DNA of 46,932 nt from Candidatus Aenigmatarchaeota archaeon (GTDB taxonomy: Archaea > Aenigmatarchaeota > Aenigmatarchaeia > CG10238-14 > SCSR01): contig JAWCDI010000001.1 in NCBI GenBank assembly GCA_044343505.1, positions 1 to 46,932 on the forward strand. The letters run 5' to 3'. Position 1 is the stretch's first letter; every line of letters starts with the position of its first letter. Shown here in pieces: positions 44,063-46,932 of the stretch. Position numbers and translations under genes: made by a program. The notes under the pieces were generated by a model. That model did not search any database. It saw only the letters and a list, made by a program, of their open reading frames with translations, and had not been told where the DNA came from.

Positions 44063-44924
44063 AAAAACTGAATATGTGAAATATCAAGTCTCCAAAAAGA
44101 ACTGTGGATAAAAGAGCTAGAGGAAAAGTTGGTGCAAACCTCACACCCTCTTTTATCCAAACGAACTTCTTTCCAGATTTCTTAATTTTTTTCAGTTCTT
44201 CTTCAGTTATACCTTCCCAAACTTTGCTTTCCATCAAAACATCACCAACTTTAAGCTTTGATACAGGAATCTTCCTCTTGAAAGCTACTTCTTCAACAGT
44301 TTTTACGAAGAACCATAATAAGATTAAGCTCGTGGTCACGATGACCAAAAGTAGAGAATTCAAAAATATCGAGTTTAAGTTTATTGGAAAGCTGAAGAAC
44401 GAAAAGAGGAATAAATTGGAAAAAGAGAAGACGAGGAATAGAAGTGAAAGGGAAAACAATAAAAGCCTTGAGCTAGATTTCAAGTTTTTCTTGAAATTAT
44501 TGAATATACTCTTGTTGATAAAACCCAAGATTATAGCGTAAGCTATCATGTAAGCAGCACCAACAACGAATACATTCAACAAATAACTTAAAGCGAAAGG
44601 AAAATGAAGGTTTTTTACTAAAGGTGATATCAAAGGTGAGAAAAAGCCTATAGCTGCCAATAACTTAGCATCACCCCCTCCCCATTGCCCAATTTTATAC
44701 ATCAAAAAACCAAAAGCTAGTAGAGCTAGACCGTAAAGCAAACTTTCGAGTAAAGCTACTAAGCTCAAATCAAACAAACATTTGATAAAGGCTAGTATCA
44801 AGGCTATGGCTATCATAGCATGTGGTATTTCATCCGGTATTTCTGTAGGCGTTATCTTAACGTCGAAAGCAGCAGCTATAGAAGAAAAAATTAAAGATAT
44901 GTAAAAAGAAAGCAATTCAAGCAT
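44055..44924 (-). CDS. A24-family prepilin/preflagellin peptidase (FlaK/PibD-like)
   Basis: It is polytopic, with the two catalytic Asp contexts AAFDVK and WGGGDAKLLA. The C-terminal soluble segment resembles that of FlaK. Confidence 0.8.
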   Translation of the reverse strand: MLELLSFYISLIFSSIAAAFDVKITPTEIPDEIPHAMIAIALILAFIKCLFDLSLVALLESLLYGLALLAFGFLMYKIGQWGGGDAKLLAAIGFFSPLISPLVKNLHFPFALSYLLNVFVVGAAYMIAYAIILGFINKSIFNNFKKNLKSSSRLLLFSLSLLFLVFSFSNLFLFSFFSFPINLNSIFLNSLLLVIVTTSLILLWFFVKTVEEVAFKRKIPVSKLKVGDVLMESKVWEGITEEELKKIKKSGKKFVWIKEGVRFAPTFPLALLSTVLFGDLIFHIFSFFT

Positions 44925-44934
44925 TACATCTCAC

Positions 44935-45081
44935 TTAAGAATATTTCTTGAAACCTATTTTTTTCGCTTCTTCCCTGAAACATTGTCTGCAATAATAAAG
45001 ACCATATTTACTTATTATCCCAACACCAGCCCTTCCACACTTCCTACAAACTCTAGTAGCCCTTCCGTACTTCTTAGGCAT
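44935..45081 (-). CDS. rps14: Ribosomal protein uS14 (zinc-binding short form)
   Basis: It is absent from the ORF track (48 aa). [48 protein letters not shown] has the CxxC...CxxC and GFxKY signature. Confidence 0.85.
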   Translation of the reverse strand: MPKKYGRATRVCRKCGRAGVGIISKYGLYYCRQCFREEAKKIGFKKYS

Positions 45082-45270
45082 TCATCCACCCAAGTTTCCA
45101 AATATTTCAACTATGTCCCTAAAACCGAATATTTCCATCTTTACCATGTGTTCGAAAATTCTAGTGTAAACTTTTTCGAAATCGTTTTCGAACTCAGCTT
45201 TCCTGAGTATAACACCACTCAGTTTGACCAAAAGTTCCTCATCTATTTCATAAAACAATTCTTCATTCAA
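45082..45270 (-). CDS. Unassigned 62-codon acidic ORF filling the uL5-uS14 spacer
   Basis: It is open from TTG 45270 (overlapping the uL5 stop) to a TGA that directly abuts the uS14 ATG. There is no early in-frame ATG. The product is MNEELFYEIDEELLVKLSG.... I recognised no family. Confidence 0.35.
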   Translation of the reverse strand: MNEELFYEIDEELLVKLSGVILRKAEFENDFEKVYTRIFEHMVKMEIFGFRDIVEIFGNLGG

Positions 45271-45769
45271 CTATCTCCACCCCATAATTTTTTTTCACCC
45301 ATTCAACAGCCTCTTCTTTACTAATTTTATGTTTTTTCGGTATTTTTCTTTTTTGTATTCTCCTATATTTTATCCTGTATCCTGGTCTTTTCAAAGAGAC
45401 ACAAACATCAAGTCCAAGCATTCCTATTTCATGTGAGTACTTAGTTCCTTGTATGTCTATGTACTCTTTAACACCAAAACTGAAATTTCCTTCTTCATCG
45501 AATTGAGAAATTTTCAACTTCCCGTCAACAGCGTGAAGCGCTCTTCTCAAAAAATCATCAGCTTTCTCACCCCTTAGCGTTATCATAACACCAACAGGCT
45601 TTCCTTTGGCTATTCCGAAAGTACTCCTTCTCTTCGACTTCGTCACAACAGGTTTTCCTCCGGTTAAAATCTCTAACAATTTCTTGGCCTTCTCTATTTT
45701 TTCTAGATCACCCCCACAACCTACATTCAACACGACTTTTTCCAATTCAATCCTTTTCATCACGTTCAT
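45263..45769 (-). CDS. rpl5: Ribosomal protein uL5
   Basis: RIELEKVVLNVGCGGD...LTGGKPVVTKSKRRSTFGIAKGKPVGVMITLRG. There is an ATGA overlap with the eS4 stop. Confidence 0.95.
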   Translation of the reverse strand: MNVMKRIELEKVVLNVGCGGDLEKIEKAKKLLEILTGGKPVVTKSKRRSTFGIAKGKPVGVMITLRGEKADDFLRRALHAVDGKLKISQFDEEGNFSFGVKEYIDIQGTKYSHEIGMLGLDVCVSLKRPGYRIKYRRIQKRKIPKKHKISKEEAVEWVKKNYGVEIVE

Positions 45770-46467
45770 GGAATCACTTTTATCAAAGGAGTATCTTTAC
45801 CTACTACGAAGAAATGATCGAACAGTACTTCAAATTTTTCTTTATCAGATTCACACACTATTTTCCTCTTTTCTCTACCCCTAGGTATCTTTACCTCCAA
45901 AACTCTTGCTATTTTTCCCGCTTTCTTACCTTTTAACACGACACCAACAACACCTTTCTCGAGTTTAAGGTGTTGAACTATTTTCAAGGAAGGAAGTTCT
46001 AACAACAAAGAATCACCTGTTTTGTAATTATCTTTTTCAACCAACAAATTTTTCCCATCGTGCAAGTTCAACTGGATCTTACCCTTTTTAACGATTTTTT
46101 TATTCCTTATCTTCACCAGCTTCAAATTAGCTTCATCTTCACCAATTTCTATAACTTTTAAACCTTTCTCGAAAGGGACTATCCTGTAATGTTTATTCAG
46201 CTTTGGTATTGAAACGACATCCATCAATCCAACAGGGAAAGCGTGATCTTTCCTTGGTTTACCATCGACCATTATTTCCTTTCTTTTGATGATAGCTTTG
46301 GCTTCTTTTCCGGTTTCCGCTAACTTCAGGATATCCCTAACTATTATGCCTAATGGTATACATTCAAACTTCTTGTGTGGTCCTGGTTTTGGTGTTATGC
46401 TCCAAGTAGTTTTCTTCTTAGCTATTTTCCAAAATTCTGGTGCCAGTAGCCTTTTCAACTTACCCAT
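45766..46467 (-). CDS. rps4e: Ribosomal protein eS4 (S4e)
   Basis: GKLKRLLAPEFWKIAKKKTTWSITPKPGPHK...FPVGLMDVVSI. Confidence 0.95.
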   Translation of the reverse strand: MGKLKRLLAPEFWKIAKKKTTWSITPKPGPHKKFECIPLGIIVRDILKLAETGKEAKAIIKRKEIMVDGKPRKDHAFPVGLMDVVSIPKLNKHYRIVPFEKGLKVIEIGEDEANLKLVKIRNKKIVKKGKIQLNLHDGKNLLVEKDNYKTGDSLLLELPSLKIVQHLKLEKGVVGVVLKGKKAGKIARVLEVKIPRGREKRKIVCESDKEKFEVLFDHFFVVGKDTPLIKVIP

Positions 46468-46471
46468 TTCA

Positions 46472-46840
46472 TCACCTTATTTTTCTTTCCAAAGCTTCAA
46501 CCCTTTTTTTATCGTCTAAATTCAAGTTTATTATCTTTAAGTTTGATGGATGGATTGGAACTTGAACTTCTGCTCCAGTAGTTTTTTTCCTCGTTATACC
46601 TTCTATGTAAACTTTATATTTCTTCAAATCAACCCTAGATACTTTTCCCCTCTTCCCCTTAAATTCACCTTTCATGATTTCAACTTCATCCCCCTTCCTC
46701 AAAGGAAAGCTTCTTCTCTTATATTTTTCTCTCAATTCTTTCGATAAATGGGCTGAAATCATTTTTCTTCTAACGTGTAAAGGTGCTGAAAACAAAAATT
46801 TTCTTTGCTTCCTAGCTTTCTTTGACCTCGGTCTCTTCAT
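46472..46840 (-). CDS. rpl24: Ribosomal protein uL24
   Basis: PLRKGDEVEIMKGEFKGKRGKVSRVDLKKYKVYIEG is a KOW motif. Confidence 0.95.
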   Translation of the reverse strand: MKRPRSKKARKQRKFLFSAPLHVRRKMISAHLSKELREKYKRRSFPLRKGDEVEIMKGEFKGKRGKVSRVDLKKYKVYIEGITRKKTTGAEVQVPIHPSNLKIINLNLDDKKRVEALERKIR

Positions 46841-46932
46841 TCAAACCACCATACTAGCTATTTTTCCTATTGAAGAAAATCTTTCAACTGCCTCTTTTGC
46901 CACAGGCCCCTTAATTTCCGTTCCTTTTGGTT
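46841..46932 (-). CDS. rpl14: Ribosomal protein uL14, C-terminal fragment (continues beyond the window)
   Basis: The reverse-strand translation ...GTEIKGPVAKEAVERFSSIGKIASMVV* matches the uL14 C-terminus. The stop directly abuts the uL24 ATG. Confidence 0.8.
   Translation of the reverse strand, partial: PKGTEIKGPVAKEAVERFSSIGKIASMVV

Noticed and set aside
44983-45324. 113-aa plus-strand ORF
   Set aside because: It is antisense to uS14, the 62-codon spacer ORF and the uL5 3' end. It has no recognisable motif.
1-46932. CRISPR arrays, cas genes, IS elements, integrases, rRNA, RNase P/SRP RNA
   Set aside because: I looked for regularly spaced direct repeats and long GC-rich non-coding stretches. 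None exist. The only non-coding gaps over 150 nt are 11595-11992 (pseudogene), 16913-17076, 21852-22020 and 22402-22595, and none is repetitive.

Overview
This is an AT-rich, very gene-dense archaeal chromosomal window with about 70 genes. Many neighbouring genes overlap by 1-23 nt or sit only a few nt apart. I found no rRNA, CRISPR array, transposase, integrase or other mobile element. Three blocks make up most of the content. (1) Positions 1-13.4 kb carry glycogen metabolism and EMP/gluconeogenesis genes: two PfkB kinases, a glycogen-synthase-like GT, two GH57 enzymes, a debranching enzyme, a cupin-type PGI, a gap-pgk-pfkB-lacD-like operon and TIM. Enolase and archaeal iPGM lie further on at 36.6-39.1 kb. 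(2) Positions 25.4-33.4 kb carry information-processing genes: an OB-fold/PCNA/Zn-ribbon-Hsp20-like/RuvBL(TIP49) operon, TFS, signal peptidase, DUF99, eL40, a fused PriS-PriL(CTD) primase, GINS, eL42(L44e) and eS27. (3) Ribosomal-protein fragments sit at 13.4-14.3 kb (uL13, eL18) and at 44.9-46.9 kb (uL14 partial, uL24, eS4, uL5, uS14). Other genes include IscS/IscU, a MacB-type ABC transporter with a CARDB/S-layer-like protein, an HD phosphohydrolase, an Lrp-like regulator, MscS, Hsp20, RtcA, a beta-CASP RNase, an APC permease, SerRS and an A24 prepilin peptidase. There are two tRNAs: Ser-GGA, and Gly-CCC with a short non-canonical intron. The fused primase, the broken ribosomal operon, GC-rich tRNAs in an AT-rich genome and K/E/I-rich proteins suggest a small-genome, probably thermophilic DPANN/Nanoarchaeota-like archaeon; this is inference only. 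No clear-cut novel system (for example a defence island) is visible. The best candidates for new biology are the translationally coupled RPA3-like OB / PCNA / Zn-ribbon-ACD / RuvBL module, an HPF/RaiA-like protein in an archaeon, a 62-codon ORF between uL5 and uS14, and several micro-ORFs. Two real ribosomal protein genes (eL40, uS14) fall below the ORF-track length cutoff, and I recovered them by reading the sequence. All functional calls rest on remembered family motifs, not on searches.
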